Shown: positions 1 to 12,469 of the stretch, one piece after another
How the letters are laid out: each line of letters starts with the position of its first letter
How positions within the stretch are numbered: position 1 is the first letter of the stretch
Assembly: GCA_040437565.1 (NCBI GenBank)
Contig: JBDOQK010000001.1
Span: 310,001-374,000, forward strand
Length of the DNA: 64,000 nt
Reading direction: 5' to 3'
From: Albugo candida
Taxonomy: Eukaryota
Notes under the pieces: generated by a model
Told to the model about the DNA's origin: nothing
The model's database searches: none
The model's input: the letters and a program-made list of their open reading frames with translations, nothing else
Made by a program: the position numbers and the translations under genes

Positions 1-3000
1 ACCGAACAGAATTATTGAGGTTTTGTATAATGCCAAACAATCCGGAAGACACAAATCGTATAGAGAACGACGCCTCCATTATCAAATCTACAAGCAATAT
101 TGCTGTCGTCACTAAATGGATCATCAGCGGTGTCGGAACCGCAAGATTTTGCACAGTATTCAATGGCGACATACTATGAGGTATTGAAGACGTGACACAT
201 GTGTTCGAATGCCAGCGGTGCAGGGAATGTAATACAATCAATGTAGACACATACAAGAGATAGGGATTGATATTGTACTACCTATCATCTTTGTCCATAC
301 TCAGATAGCGGCGAGATAATGGTATAAAGTAGCAGGTCTGACTCATATAGGCTGGGATCATCTTTGATTCGCAAGGTTGAGTGTTTCCGTAGGTCGAAGT
401 GTGTGCACTACCGTAATCGCAGCAAGTTGGCGCTATGGAGTCCCAAATGCAAGTAGAACCAGAAATGAGCTCAATTTCCACTGTTGGCGTGCAATAAGCG
501 CGTGCGGAATTCGCATCGTCGATCCTTGCGTACAAACTCCGAAAACTCTACGGTAGAGTTCAAAGTTTGCTAATAGCAAGACTATAATTGCGTTTGTGTC
601 AAAGCGCAGGCCATGTAGGATATATCGTAACGCAATATTCCGCTCCAAAAAGAGTAGAAGCATTACTGTTCCAACCGTGAACGTAGTCAAGCATTACGCC
701 TTTGCTGCTCTAAATGGTGTAGCTCATTGAGCAAATGCAGGACGAGATAACGTTTCGATGTGTATAAAGCTCGCGATTTAAGCAGCGTTATCGGTTGGTC
801 CTTCGTCTCCGCCTTGATTCCATCGGAGAATAGCGTACATTGTATCTAGAGGGTCACCAGAGATTCATGTACATGTATCGATACAACTTTGGAACTCTAA
901 TTGCGCTCAACACCGCCTTGAGCTCAATATATTTTGCAATTGATACCGCTGGGTGCTGCAAAGTGGCTAGCATCCTACAACAAAACTGCTACCTTCACGA
1001 GACAGGGTCTTTCGCTAGTCATCTATCTCTTGTGCGTCCCAAACAATAAAGCAGGTCTAGAAAGCGAAGTTGGAGGCATTAAATCCCCACGGTCGCCAAA
1101 AGCTGCATGCTGATAATATCTGTTTGCAATCACTTCGAATTCACACGATGCATCCCACCTCCGAAATTGCGAACTCGTACGCTTGTCACCCGAAATGTGA
1201 TATGTCTTGGCTGAGATCGCACAAGCAATCATAACACGCTTGAAATGTTCAGACACTCAAGAAGAAAAAATAGGTCCAAGAGTGCATCATCCAACAAACC
1301 GCTCGAAAGTGCTCTCCAAATCGAACAATTCGGTTGTACATACAGAAGAGCTTTCACGGTCAAAGTCATAAAGTTCTCGCTCCTCACGGAACAATTTCTA
1401 TTCCATAATCAAAGATATTGACATCAACCAAACGTTTGGACATCGTACTAAATTCAGCAAAAAAAAAGAATAAGAAATTCCTTCATTGGAAAATCCTGGA
1501 AATGGAGCTGATCGTAAATTTAATGAATTCCTGGTTTCTCAGTGTCTATCCTTTGATCCACAATTTTTCGGTAATTTCCTTCTGTTCGATGTCGCAGTAT
1601 ATAGCCTTTGCTGAATATATCGCTAATCAAGCATTCTTCTTTATATCGCAAGACACTACAGTGGACCACCGTGTCTTTGCGGCCCAAGGTAGAAATCCAG
1701 TTTTCATCGCAAGGAGTGGATCGCTGTAGCCAAGCCTTGAAGCAGATACACCAACACCTCATTCAGCAGTTCTTCTCATTGATACGACTCAGCATTTAAA
1801 ACAGAAATTTCGAAATAAAAAAAGTTGCATCGAGAATTCTCTGTGGTGAGCTTCCTTTCAGCTTTGTCGACGAACCTCTATCAGCTTCCTATCGGTTCCC
1901 ATTCGACTCCCTTTCCTTTAAAGTACAATCCGAAAGCAGGCCATTAATAATGGATTTCGCCACGTTCAGGCGAATTCGACTTTGTAAGTTACATTTCTGA
2001 CCGTCTTGGAGCTTGACGATTGATTACGACTAAAGTGCTCGCTTTTTGTGCTAATGTGACGCTCTCTGTTGCCCTTATTGGACGATATCGTGTTATGGGT
2101 CTGTTCATAATGTGACCACTCACAAAGCTACTTTCTGCTTATTCAGTGGTTGTGATTAAGATCTACTTTGTGTACACCGATGGCGTGCTGATAAACTCAC
2201 AAGTCGCTCGAAAAAAGTTTGATGTCGAGCAAATAGCTCAGTAAGTCAGAAATTCCTTTATTACCCATAATAACAATTTTTATGGATGCTAAATGCCCGC
2301 GAATGTACATTCTTCACGTTCTTCGTTCCATCTATCAGTCTATCTCGGAAATAAATAGATGAATACGAGGAAATCAACGCAATTCATCTCGTACCCAAGC
2401 GGAAGGACAGATGCTTTTTGCCTGCTGCCAACGTGTTTGGCAAATTTCTTCATCGTCTTCGTGCTCTTTCATACAGCGAGCGTATAAGATGTATTTCGCC
2501 CTAATAAAAAGAATGAGTGAGTCACTCAAAAGTCACTTGACTGGTTTCTCACCAGCAGTGTTGCGCTTGATTCTGATTAGGAAAGCGCGGGTCTCCCGGA
2601 GTCGTTCGAAAAGGCTGCTCTTCTGACATGCTTTACTAATTATACAACTGATGCAACACAACGGATATGTAGTCTACATTACTTTAGTATTTCACACAAC
2701 TTGTGGTAGGATAGTGTAAGAACACTATAAACGGGATTCTAATGNNNNNNNNNNNNNNNNNNNNNNNNNNNNNNNNNNNNNNNNNNNNNNNNNNNNNNNN
2801 NNNNNNNNNNNNNNNNNNNNNNNNNNNNNNNNNNNNNNNNNNNNGTAGGATAGTGTAAGAACACTATAAACGGGATTCTAATGAATAGGCCCAAAAGCGG
2901 CCGAGAATTTGACATCAGCGTGATGTCCAACAGTCGGGGTGTCACAACGCGCAAACGTGATTATCACATAGCGATTCAAATGTGGCGGCGCACGATATCT

Positions 3001-3538
3001 TCGCTGCAATGTAATTCTATGGGGTTCCAATTGCTATGGCAATTTCAAGGTTTTAAAAATCCAAAGTGGTGATCATCTAAAACTTGTATGCATCCTGATG
3101 TTTTACGGTGTCCGGAATGTTGATCAAACAAATAACTGGAGATATTCACAATGTGATACTTTGCCGAGTGTTGCATCAATTTAATCGCGTAAATTTTTCA
3201 ATGAACAAGGTTTTGAGAGTGATGATCAATACGAATATCGCCGGACTTAATGCTGCAACTGGTTGAAGTAACAATAGAATTTCACCTCTATTTTGGCAGA
3301 AGGAAACGAAGGCCACGGGATTTCATTCTCTATATTGATCTCTATTTGTGCTTCTCGTCATTGAGAATTCGTCGCTCCTCATACTTTGGCAAGATGTTCG
3401 TCGTATGGAGGAACAAAGGCTTAAAGCGTATATGAGATCATTTATCGCCAACTGCCAGCGCTGAGGAAGATTTTGTAACGAAAAAATTGTTGTAAATTTG
3501 ATTAAATTTGATCGGCAAGTTTCCATGCCGCAAGATCG

Positions 3539-5291
3539 CTAATGATTGATTTGATTACTGCAATAATTTGTATTCCCTCCGATCGTTTCTTTGCTGCATC
3601 GTCGTGTAGATTCGTTGGAGATCAATCTGGAACGACGATGAGAATCTAGTTCGCTTTCGCTGGTATCTGTGTATTTGTCGCGACGTGTGGTCGGAAAGCA
3701 TCGAAGCGATTGTGTGTGTTCATACCCGGAGCTGGATAATTCACCTGGATCATAATTGATCGTTTCGTTATGTTCGGGAATTCCGTTCCTGTTGTCGCAT
3801 TCACACTCTTCGGAATGAGTCACTGTGGTTCCGCTATTATGGAACGGAACGAATTGCTCCATGTTTCCAGTCTCCTTCTGTAAACACTGCAATTGAATTT
3901 CGAGTGCTTCTCTTCTGATGGATTCCTCTTGTAAATAATTTTCCAAAGTCTCTACTCTCCGAGTGAGTTGCTGTTTTGTGAATTTCGTTTTTTCATATTT
4001 GGCTTGTAGAACGTTCTACACGGCAAGCATGAGTGAAGGATAATTTTAGGAGAGGTTGTGACGTATACATGTGCCAATCGTAAGTTCTCATGCTCCAAAC
4101 GCCAGTCATAACCTTGAGCAAGGCGTGACACTAGCGGAATATTCTGACGACTGATAGTTTTCGATGGTCGAGACAATGGACGGAGACCAAGTCGATTGAG
4201 ACATTCTGCATTTGCGGAAATCATACTCTCCAATACACGCTTCATATCGATACATTCCGCTTGGAGGTGATCTAAATGTGTGTCCACAAACGCTACATTC
4301 GGCAAACAAGCTCCAGAGATTTCCTGAGAGGATGGCGGACACGTTTCCTCCATTGGCGGGCATTGAAACTCACTCGACTACGATGGAAGACTGATAAAAT
4401 CATAAATAAAAGGTAAGGAGCAAAAAATACCTCGGCGGTAGACGCATAAGAGTCCAAGGTATACTTCCCTGAACGAGAAGATGTTTCCTTTCGCCGCATC
4501 AGTGGACGTCGACTATTGATAGAGGCGTTTTCCCACACACCGCTCTGTCTTGTACTCATAGATGCAGCATTCTGTCGATCTGACTCCCTATAAAACTGTC
4601 TCCCGGAGCGTGATGATGGCGATTTTTCAGCACAGACGGTTGAATACGCGTTTCCATTCAAAGTGGAGACCGGGAGGGATGACTCATGCTGAAAGGTGGG
4701 ATTATCTCTTCGCTTTGAAAATTGTGAGAGTTCAGAGGCGTTTTTCGTCTCTTCTTCATAGTCGCTGGTGTGTATATGTTTTCTCATTGTGACTTGCTCT
4801 GGAGACTCGGGAGATAAATCGATGATTGTGAATCGGCCTTTTACTTCCATTTTATTAGATTTTGCGGTCATTTTCTCCCCGTAATGCAATCTTCGCCGAT
4901 CTGTTCGCTTTTCCTTGGGCTCTTTTCGTGGAATTGATCGAATGGGTCTCGTTCGGTATTCCGCGCAGCAAAATGATTCTTTCTCAGACATTTTCCTGCC
5001 GTTTACAGGCAGAGTAGAGGCTTTATTGTCCAATAACTGTAGATTATTTGCGAATGATGTATTCTGATTGGATAATTCAAGTTGGGTTGGCAATTCCATC
5101 GTAGGTATCGTCATTTGTGGCGATTGTGAGGGAGAAAAATCTGTCTCAACTTTTTTTTGATTTCGAGATACAATTACATTCAAAATAGGGGTTGGAGGAG
5201 AAAGGTTATTTTGCAATGGAGCGGAAGAGTGGATGGAGAAGGAAGTATTCTGATAGAAAGGGACCGATAAATGGTTCTGTGGTACGGTCAT
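3539..5291 (-). CDS. Hypothetical low-complexity/coiled-coil protein, 3 exons
   Basis: ORFs 4293-5294, 3952-4353 and 3539-3946 join in frame through GT..AG introns (~4430-4378 and ~4066-4014), giving ...STAE|SSEFQCPPMEE...RLAH|NVLQAKYEK...LENYLQEE. The C-terminal half is heptad-like. Confidence 0.65.
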
Positions 5292-6259
5292 CACAAGATC
5301 AGCGGTATACCGTGCTGACTGCGGTACGAAGCGACAGGCTTGCTCGTGAAAACCGGTTAAGCTCCAAGTCGTGTTCTGAGGAAGCGAGTCAGTATGATAC
5401 GAATCTCGATTCTCTAAACAAGTGGCTATAGTTTTCTAGACGGGTACCCAATCATCGAGCAAAATGGAAAGTTCGTTTCTTCTATAGGGTATTTATAGAC
5501 TTGAGTGTGAATCAGTGCAGAGAGTTAAAACATGACTTGTTTCTTTTTTGAAGCATGATGCAGGAAATGCGACACTTATCGCTCATGATAGATAGAATGT
5601 ACACTCATATATATTGGCTGTTCAAATCAGTTTCGGGAGACAAGAAAGTTTGCAGATTGAATAGTCCCGTAGCGCTTACATTATGTCTCGCTATGGTGTG
5701 AGTATACTGAGACCACATAAATGCTACTAAGTGAAGTAAAGAGAGCCAGATTGCTGGCAATTGCACGGTTTCTGTGGCATCGTTACATATCATAAAGTGG
5801 TGAATACTCGCTAAAGAACCTAAGCCCACCGCATTCTCATTAAGCGAAGACTTCTGTTTAGGGTTATTTTACATTCAGTACCGTTCGAGAGGACGGTTCA
5901 ATTCAAATAATTTCTGGTACTACATCACTTACCGCACCTTTGAGCGCCTTTGCCATTGCCCACTTTTTTGAGTTGCGAGAGTTACATCAAACGAGCGCAG
6001 GCGACATCGTACATTCAAATAACAATAACAAAATTCAAACATTATTCACGTAATTTGATACGTACAAGCCAATCGACGTTCCATCGACTCGCAACTAAAT
6101 CATCGCATCTCTTGCGACCTGTACCTTTCACAATAACGGTTGAGTCCAACACGTGGTCGCCAAAAAAATGTATGATCGTCGTGCTTATTAGAAGTCATTG
6201 TAGATGATTGATAATGTGGTAGTACAGAACCTGGCAAAAGCTGATACGAAGGTAAGATT

Positions 6260-8278
6260 ATGGAAGCGTATGAACAAGTTCGGGTCATCGGAAAAGGATC
6301 GTTTGGAGTGGTCACTCAAATCGTGCGAAAATCTGATGGAAAGGTACTACCAAATTTCTCAATTATCAGCGTGTCTTAATTCTTTCATCATAAGGCGTTA
6401 GTGTGGAAAGAAGTCAATTATGGTCCAATGAGCGAGAAAGAAAAGCAACTGATTGTTAGTGAAGTGAATATTCTTCGAGAACTCCGTCATCCGCATATAG
6501 TGCGTTATCTGGATCGCGTAATCGACAAACAAGCGACTAAAATATATATTGTAATGGAATACTGCGAAGGAGGAGATTTAAGTCAGTTTGTGAAGCGGAA
6601 AAAACGTGAAGGGTACGTGTGAAGGCTGCTTCAACAGGAGTGAGAGCTTACGGGTTGTTAGGTCGTATATTGAGGAAGGATTTATTTGGCACGTTTTCAC
6701 TCACATCTATTTGGCACTTCGAGAGTGTCATCGACATCGCGAAGGAAATGTTGTTCGACCGATCTTGCATCGAGATATAAAACCTGGCAATATATTTTTG
6801 GATAACAACGTATGTGGTTTGTCGACAAGTGAATATGTATATTAATTGAGAGAGCTTTTATAATGCAGGGGAATGCAAAGTTGGGAGATTTTGGCTTGGC
6901 TAAAGAGCTCACGAGTGAGTCTCGATTTGCACAAACAAATGTCGGCACACCGTATTACATGAGTCCGGAAATGGTCAACGAAATGACGTACGATGAACGA
7001 TCTGACATTTGGGCCTTGGGCTGCTTGCTCTATGAAATGGCTACTTTATCGTACGTAAATGTATTGAAGCATCACGTACCACTTGAAAGCTCATACTGAT
7101 CCTTGTAGACCGCCATTTGACGCAACCAATCAGCTGGCTCTTGCGAAGAAGATCAATGCTGGACGCTTTGCACGAATACCCAGTCAATACTCGGAAGGTT
7201 TATTCCAAGCAATTCGATGGATGCTTCATCGTCAGCGTTCACGACGTCCTCGAGTCGAAGATTTAGAACGAATTCCACAATTACAACAAAGATTACGGGC
7301 ATATGCAGCAACTAATCCGGCCTTATTTCAGAACTCATCATCATCCACCTCTTCCAGCGCTTACTCTCCAGACATCCAGCAACTACAGGCTACTTATAAT
7401 CAGAAAATGAAAGAACTGCTTAGTATTGAGGAAGATCTACGACGGCAAGAATCAGCTCTTGCCGCACGAGAAAAGAAACTGGAAGGTTTGTTTACATGCA
7501 TTCCTTGAAGTATGATGACTTAATTCGTAATCTACTGTACGTGTCAATAGAATCAGAAGCAGATTACGCGCAGCGAGATGCCGAGTTACGAAAACGAGAG
7601 CAACTGTACGTATAAACCGAGCCGATTTTTGTATATATTCATCACCATGAAATTTTTGGCAACTGAATATAGCCACCTCTGAATATGTTGTTAGAGCTGA
7701 AGCTGTGTCAAGAAAGTTGCGGCACAGTTCTACGAAAGAATCCTCTCCGACGACCTCCGATTTCTCGGATCTAAGTGATGAGAATAGTATGCCATTTAGT
7801 CATCATACTAGTTCCAATCAAGTTGTGTGTAGTCCTGTACCAGGAAGAGGGCAATGCGAAATGAAAGGTGCTCAGGCTCAATAGCGATTCTCTTTTCTAA
7901 GGACTCACGCGCTGTCTCGCACCTTTGATGATAGAGGCATCCACAGCAGCAAATGGATACAACAGCGTGAAGAGGGTTCCTACTACTTTTCCAAAAGGCA
8001 ACAGAGATGTTGCGAGCAGTCCCTCCATTCCGTTTCCAGGAGGAAGTAATCGGAGAAGAGCTTGCTCGCAAAAGACGATGGGTTTCCACACACCCGTTGT
8101 ACATTCGTCACCTTCACCGAGCCGTCCTGTTTCCGTTACCTCTTTCCGATTGAATTCTCCTCACATTATGTCTTCAAGCCGTGAGCAAGTAGTAAATCTG
8201 GTACGTTTTTCATAACTGTGTGCTTTCAAAGTCTAATAATGTTGTTTGTAGGTGAGAGGATTATGGAGAAAAGGATGA
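6260..8278 (+). CDS. NIMA-related (NEK2/NimA-like) Ser/Thr protein kinase, multi-exon
   Basis: Exon 1 [18 protein letters not shown]. Later exons carry [56 protein letters not shown] and SDIWALGC, followed by a coiled-coil. The 3' end is uncertain (tentative last exon 8252-8278). Confidence 0.9.
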
Positions 8279-8409
8279 GAGTTGGATACATGTGTGACTT
8301 TTACAAATACATTATTGATTGTGCAACACTGTGTACATTATGTAGAAGAGCTTAAATTTGAAATTTTGACGGTGACGTGCGACTGGTGAATGTTGACTCT
8401 GTGCTCATC

Positions 8410-11244
8410 TCACAAAACAGTGGTTGTGAGTGTGTCCGCCGCCTGCTCCACCGTCTGACACAACCGCACGAGCTCACGACGAAGTGGAATCAGACTCACA
8501 CCGTGTAACTCACTAGTGACACCAGGAAAATACCCCACCGCATAATCTTCTTGCAACGACATTCCGTACAACACCTACAAAACAATCGATTAACAACCAA
8601 TCGAATGCTTCCAAAACCACGTACGTGTTTGAGCCACGGCAATTTCGATAAGCCAGACGGTAGCACAAATGCTTTTTCGGTCATCAGCAGTCGTGTGTTG
8701 ATCTCTCTGACTTTTTTCAGATCCACCACTAATTCCCCACTGACTAAATTCGTCATATCTTCCTTCATGGACCGCATTTCCTCCACTACATTGACAGCTG
8801 AAGTCTCAAATTGTGCAATCGCGGAATCCAATCGTTTTAACGCATTTTGCAGAAAATCAGATACCGTTATAACGCCATTTTGTGCGAAAAGCTTGTTAAT
8901 ATGAGCTTGACCAATCCGTAAATGACGCGCAACTTCCACGAAATCGTATTGTAGGAAAATGGAGTCGCTAAGCGATAAAATTAGACTCGCGTAGAGTTGT
9001 GCTGCTGCTCGATGTAACATAAACGACGGATCCACGAAATTCTTCATATAAGCAAACGTATCTTGCGCGCTATTTTCCGTGGCATAATATCCATTATCAA
9101 AGCGAAGCGTTACGGACGGAATGCCCAATCGAGCCAAAAACGGAGACAGAGGATTCAGCGTTCCGGGTAAATGAATCGTCGGAACGACTGCAGATGGAGT
9201 ACGTGCACGTGAGCTATCCAACCACGACGAATACACCGTATTCCTAGCGCTCGCAAGATCTTCCGGTTTGTATGCCGTACTTAACATAGTCGTATTCGTA
9301 CTATTCGTTGTATTCCATTCATTCGTCTCATCCGATACGTCGATAGTGTCATTCGTTTCTGAATTCAATATTGACGAATCCAATGCGTCACTAATCGCTA
9401 GTGACGTATTCGGCTGCGCATTAACGAACAATCGTGTGTTCACACTACTTTGGGGCTGAGCGACATTGATCGCTTTATAAAATATGCTTTTATGGAGGGA
9501 AGCCGCTGCTTCGCATTGAAGCGGTCCATTCCCTCGAACAACGTCTTTAAGGCTCAAATACGCAACTCCACGACCGCCTAAATGCGTTGAGTGAAGATCA
9601 ATCCATTCCGAAGTGCCCACAGAGCCGTATTGCTCGCCATCGAACGACGCAAGCAAAACCGTTCGGTGTGGAACCCATCCATTTGTCAGTAAGTCGCCCA
9701 TAGCCCGAAGTATCTCCAGAAAGACAGCGTTACCAGATCCCGGGGATACTGCTCCACCGTAGAGAGAATCTCGCTGAGACCCGACGATCACGTACCGATC
9801 AGCTTCACGGGAGCCTCGAATCGTAATCAGGACATTCCATACCTTTTTCACAGTGTATTTATTGCGATTCTCGAGTTTGACTTGCCAGTTCCCAGGCCCA
9901 ATTTTATAAGTAGTGAGGTTAAGTCCGCTTCCGGTCCACGAGTCAAATACTTGAGAGCAATTGAGCATACGTGCGGGAGATATGAATTCTGTTGCGTTTG
10001 TAGCGGTCGGAATGCGCGGAGTATCGACCAACATTGTTTGCATTAATTGTCGCGCGACAATTGCGCTAATTGGCATACTGATGATCGATGGAAGATAATG
10101 ATAGGTGTTGGATGCAAACATTTCTTGCGCTGAGATTCGATCGACAGAATTCGAAGAGAAGCCGTCGGGTGTGGATGGATCACCAGAGCCAATGTATACG
10201 CTTCCGAAGGAAGCTTCATCGGCGGAAAGCCATGGGCCTTCCGGGTACGTTTTGCCTCGATCCAAGCCGTTGTCGATGGGGTCACTAGAGCTGGAAAGTT
10301 AGTATGACGAAATAGCAATGTGCTCGAATGCTCACTGATACGTCAGAATCCCTGCAGCTCCCGCTTTTCCGGCAAGATGCACTTTGGCTGGAAGTGATAT
10401 TTTACCCATTCGGACGAGTACTATGCTTCCAGTGACGTCGATTCCTTGTTTCTGAAGTGCTTCAAAGTCGCTGGAAGTGGCATAATGAGCGTAGAGAAGC
10501 CTTCCACTAGAACTTCCATTTCTGGCAAACATATGAAATGGCGCGTACTGGGAGAGAATTCGCTCAACGAGGAAGAAATAGGAATGGAAAGACACTTACA
10601 GGAACGCGTAAAGTCTTTTTCTTCTTATGTGACGCAATAAAATCGTGTGAGAGATTCGTCGACTTACTGAACGAAATGTGCAAATTCATTGACTCGGGTT
10701 CATTAATGAGAATCTCGAATTCTTCCAGCTTGATAAAAGTGTCTTCGATGCCGAAATCAATAGCTTTGGATCGGATGTACTTTGCCCATTCGTAGTCGCC
10801 TGGAGAACCTGTGTGACGCGATGTTGTCGTGTACAGCTCTAACGTCTCTTTTGCCCCTAAAGCGGAGGTTGCTGACATCACACGCAATTGCGTCGGTGGT
10901 AAAGCACTGAATGATTGACTGTGCTCCACGAAATTCAGTAGCAAACAGCATGTGACGATGGAGAACAAGAGACCCAATAATGCAGCAAATCCAATGCGTT
11001 TTCGATGTGAGAGTTCTGTTGGCGTCAGCTGATGATCGAGGCGACTCACACGTGGGCTATCGATATACAAATTCGGAGCATTTTCAAGTAATCGCTCATT
11101 TGGATGATCTTCATCGTCTTCCGTGCTTCGAACAGGCTGTACAGGGCGTCCGAGATGGAGCTTGAGACCGTGACGTACGGTCTGAAATAATGAATCGCTT
11201 TTAAGCATTCCAACGCGCTCTTCCTCGCTACCGTTACGCGGCAT
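8410..11244 (-). CDS. Type II membrane peptidase M28B / glutamate carboxypeptidase II / transferrin-receptor-like protein (TM + PA + M28 + TFR dimerisation), 4 exons
   Basis: N-terminal TM (IGFAALLGLLFSIVTCCLLL), PA domain (GIDVTGSIVLVRMGK...KVHLAGKAGAAGILTY), M28 core (VIVGSQRDS, PHRTVLLASFDGEQYG) and a TFR-dimer-like tail (INTRLLMTEKAF...PWLKH|VLYG...YFPGV). Stop TGA at 8410-8412. Confidence 0.85.
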
Positions 11245-11288
11245 TTACAATAGACTTTTGACGTCTCCAAAGTGATAAAACGGACGAA

Positions 11289-12455
11289 ATGAGACGTTAC
11301 GATTCGCGTCGTTTGGAGCTCGGCTCATTGACTCCATTGATGACGTCTTTTGAATGCCACGCAGTTTTGACGGAATGTCCTGGCGACAGATACGCTCCTC
11401 CGCTTGAGATTATCCAAAGCATTCGACAACAGCATTCACTGGTGAAAAGCAATAGTTTGCCCGTACTCGACTCCAAGCTCATGCGACACCAACAACAGCT
11501 GGAAAAAGACCTGCTTCATCTTCCAATGCAGCGATCCGTATCCAAACTCGAGGATTTACAACGCTCGGAATGGCGCTGGACACAGCGTAAAGCCGCTCAG
11601 GAATTCTCGAAAAATATCTCAAAAATCAGTCGAAATTGTCAAAGAGCTTCCTATCGAAATCTTCAAAAGCAGCAGATTCTTGGCCGGAAAAGCATTGTCG
11701 ATACCCAAAAGCTGCAGAGCTTGCGATATATTTCGCATTGTCGGGCAATTGCTCAAGATCGTGAGCGATCGAAAGCGCTTTCCACACGGAATCAGGACCG
11801 TTTGTTGGTAGAAAGCCTTGCGCGAATGGAGGAACGCAATCAAGCGCGACNNNNNNNNNNNNNNNNNNNNNNNNNNNNNNNNNNNNNNNNNNNNNNNNNN
11901 NNNNNNNNNNNNNNNNNNNNNNNNNNNNNNNNNNNNNNNNNNNNNNNNNNGCGATATATTTCGCATTGTCGGGCAATTGCTCAAGATCGTGAGCGATCGA
12001 AAGCGCTTTCCACACGGAATCAGGACCGTTTGTTGGTAGAAAGCCTTGCGCGAATGGAGGAACGCAATCAAGCGCGACAGATATCTCACAATGAATTTCA
12101 GCTGTCAAAGTCGAGCAGTACGCTGTTTGATGTGGATAGTCAGACGAAATCGCTCAAGAAACGACTTCATTCATTGCAGCTCACTGAATACGCCGCTGAA
12201 AAACAAAAAGCTATCCGACAAGCTCAAAAAGCATTGGCTGTGTCTCATTTGGTGGAAATGGACATCCATGAAGATGAGCTGCCAACAGCGCGGAGAAAGG
12301 AACGATTGTCTGCGGAAATGTGGCAAGCGTTTTTGGATAACGTGGAAGACGATTTCGAAATGCTCGTTCCTTTCTCCAATTCGGCGCCGGCCGCAATTCG
12401 ATTCTTTGGCGACGAGCAACAGCGAGCCATCAGACTTTGTGATAATCGCAAATAG
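11289..12455 (+). CDS. Hypothetical coiled-coil protein (internal duplication around the N gap is an artefact)
   Basis: Long ORF rich in Q/E/K/R. The segment RYISHCR...RNQAR appears on both sides of the gap at 11851-11950. Confidence 0.6.
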   Translation: MRRYDSRRLELGSLTPLMTSFECHAVLTECPGDRYAPPLEIIQSIRQQHSLVKSNSLPVLDSKLMRHQQQLEKDLLHLPMQRSVSKLEDLQRSEWRWTQRKAAQEFSKNISKISRNCQRASYRNLQKQQILGRKSIVDTQKLQSLRYISHCRAIAQDRERSKALSTRNQDRLLVESLARMEERNQARXXXXXXXXXXXXXXXXXXXXXXXXXXXXXXXXXXRYISHCRAIAQDRERSKALSTRNQDRLLVESLARMEERNQARQISHNEFQLSKSSSTLFDVDSQTKSLKKRLHSLQLTEYAAEKQKAIRQAQKALAVSHLVEMDIHEDELPTARRKERLSAEMWQAFLDNVEDDFEMLVPFSNSAPAAIRFFGDEQQRAIRLCDNRK

Positions 12456-12469
12456 AGATTTCATTACAA

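Noticed and set aside
1-3400. Short ORFs on both strands at the window start
   Set aside because: No recognisable motifs and no consistent exon chain; could be degenerate coding DNA but unsupported.
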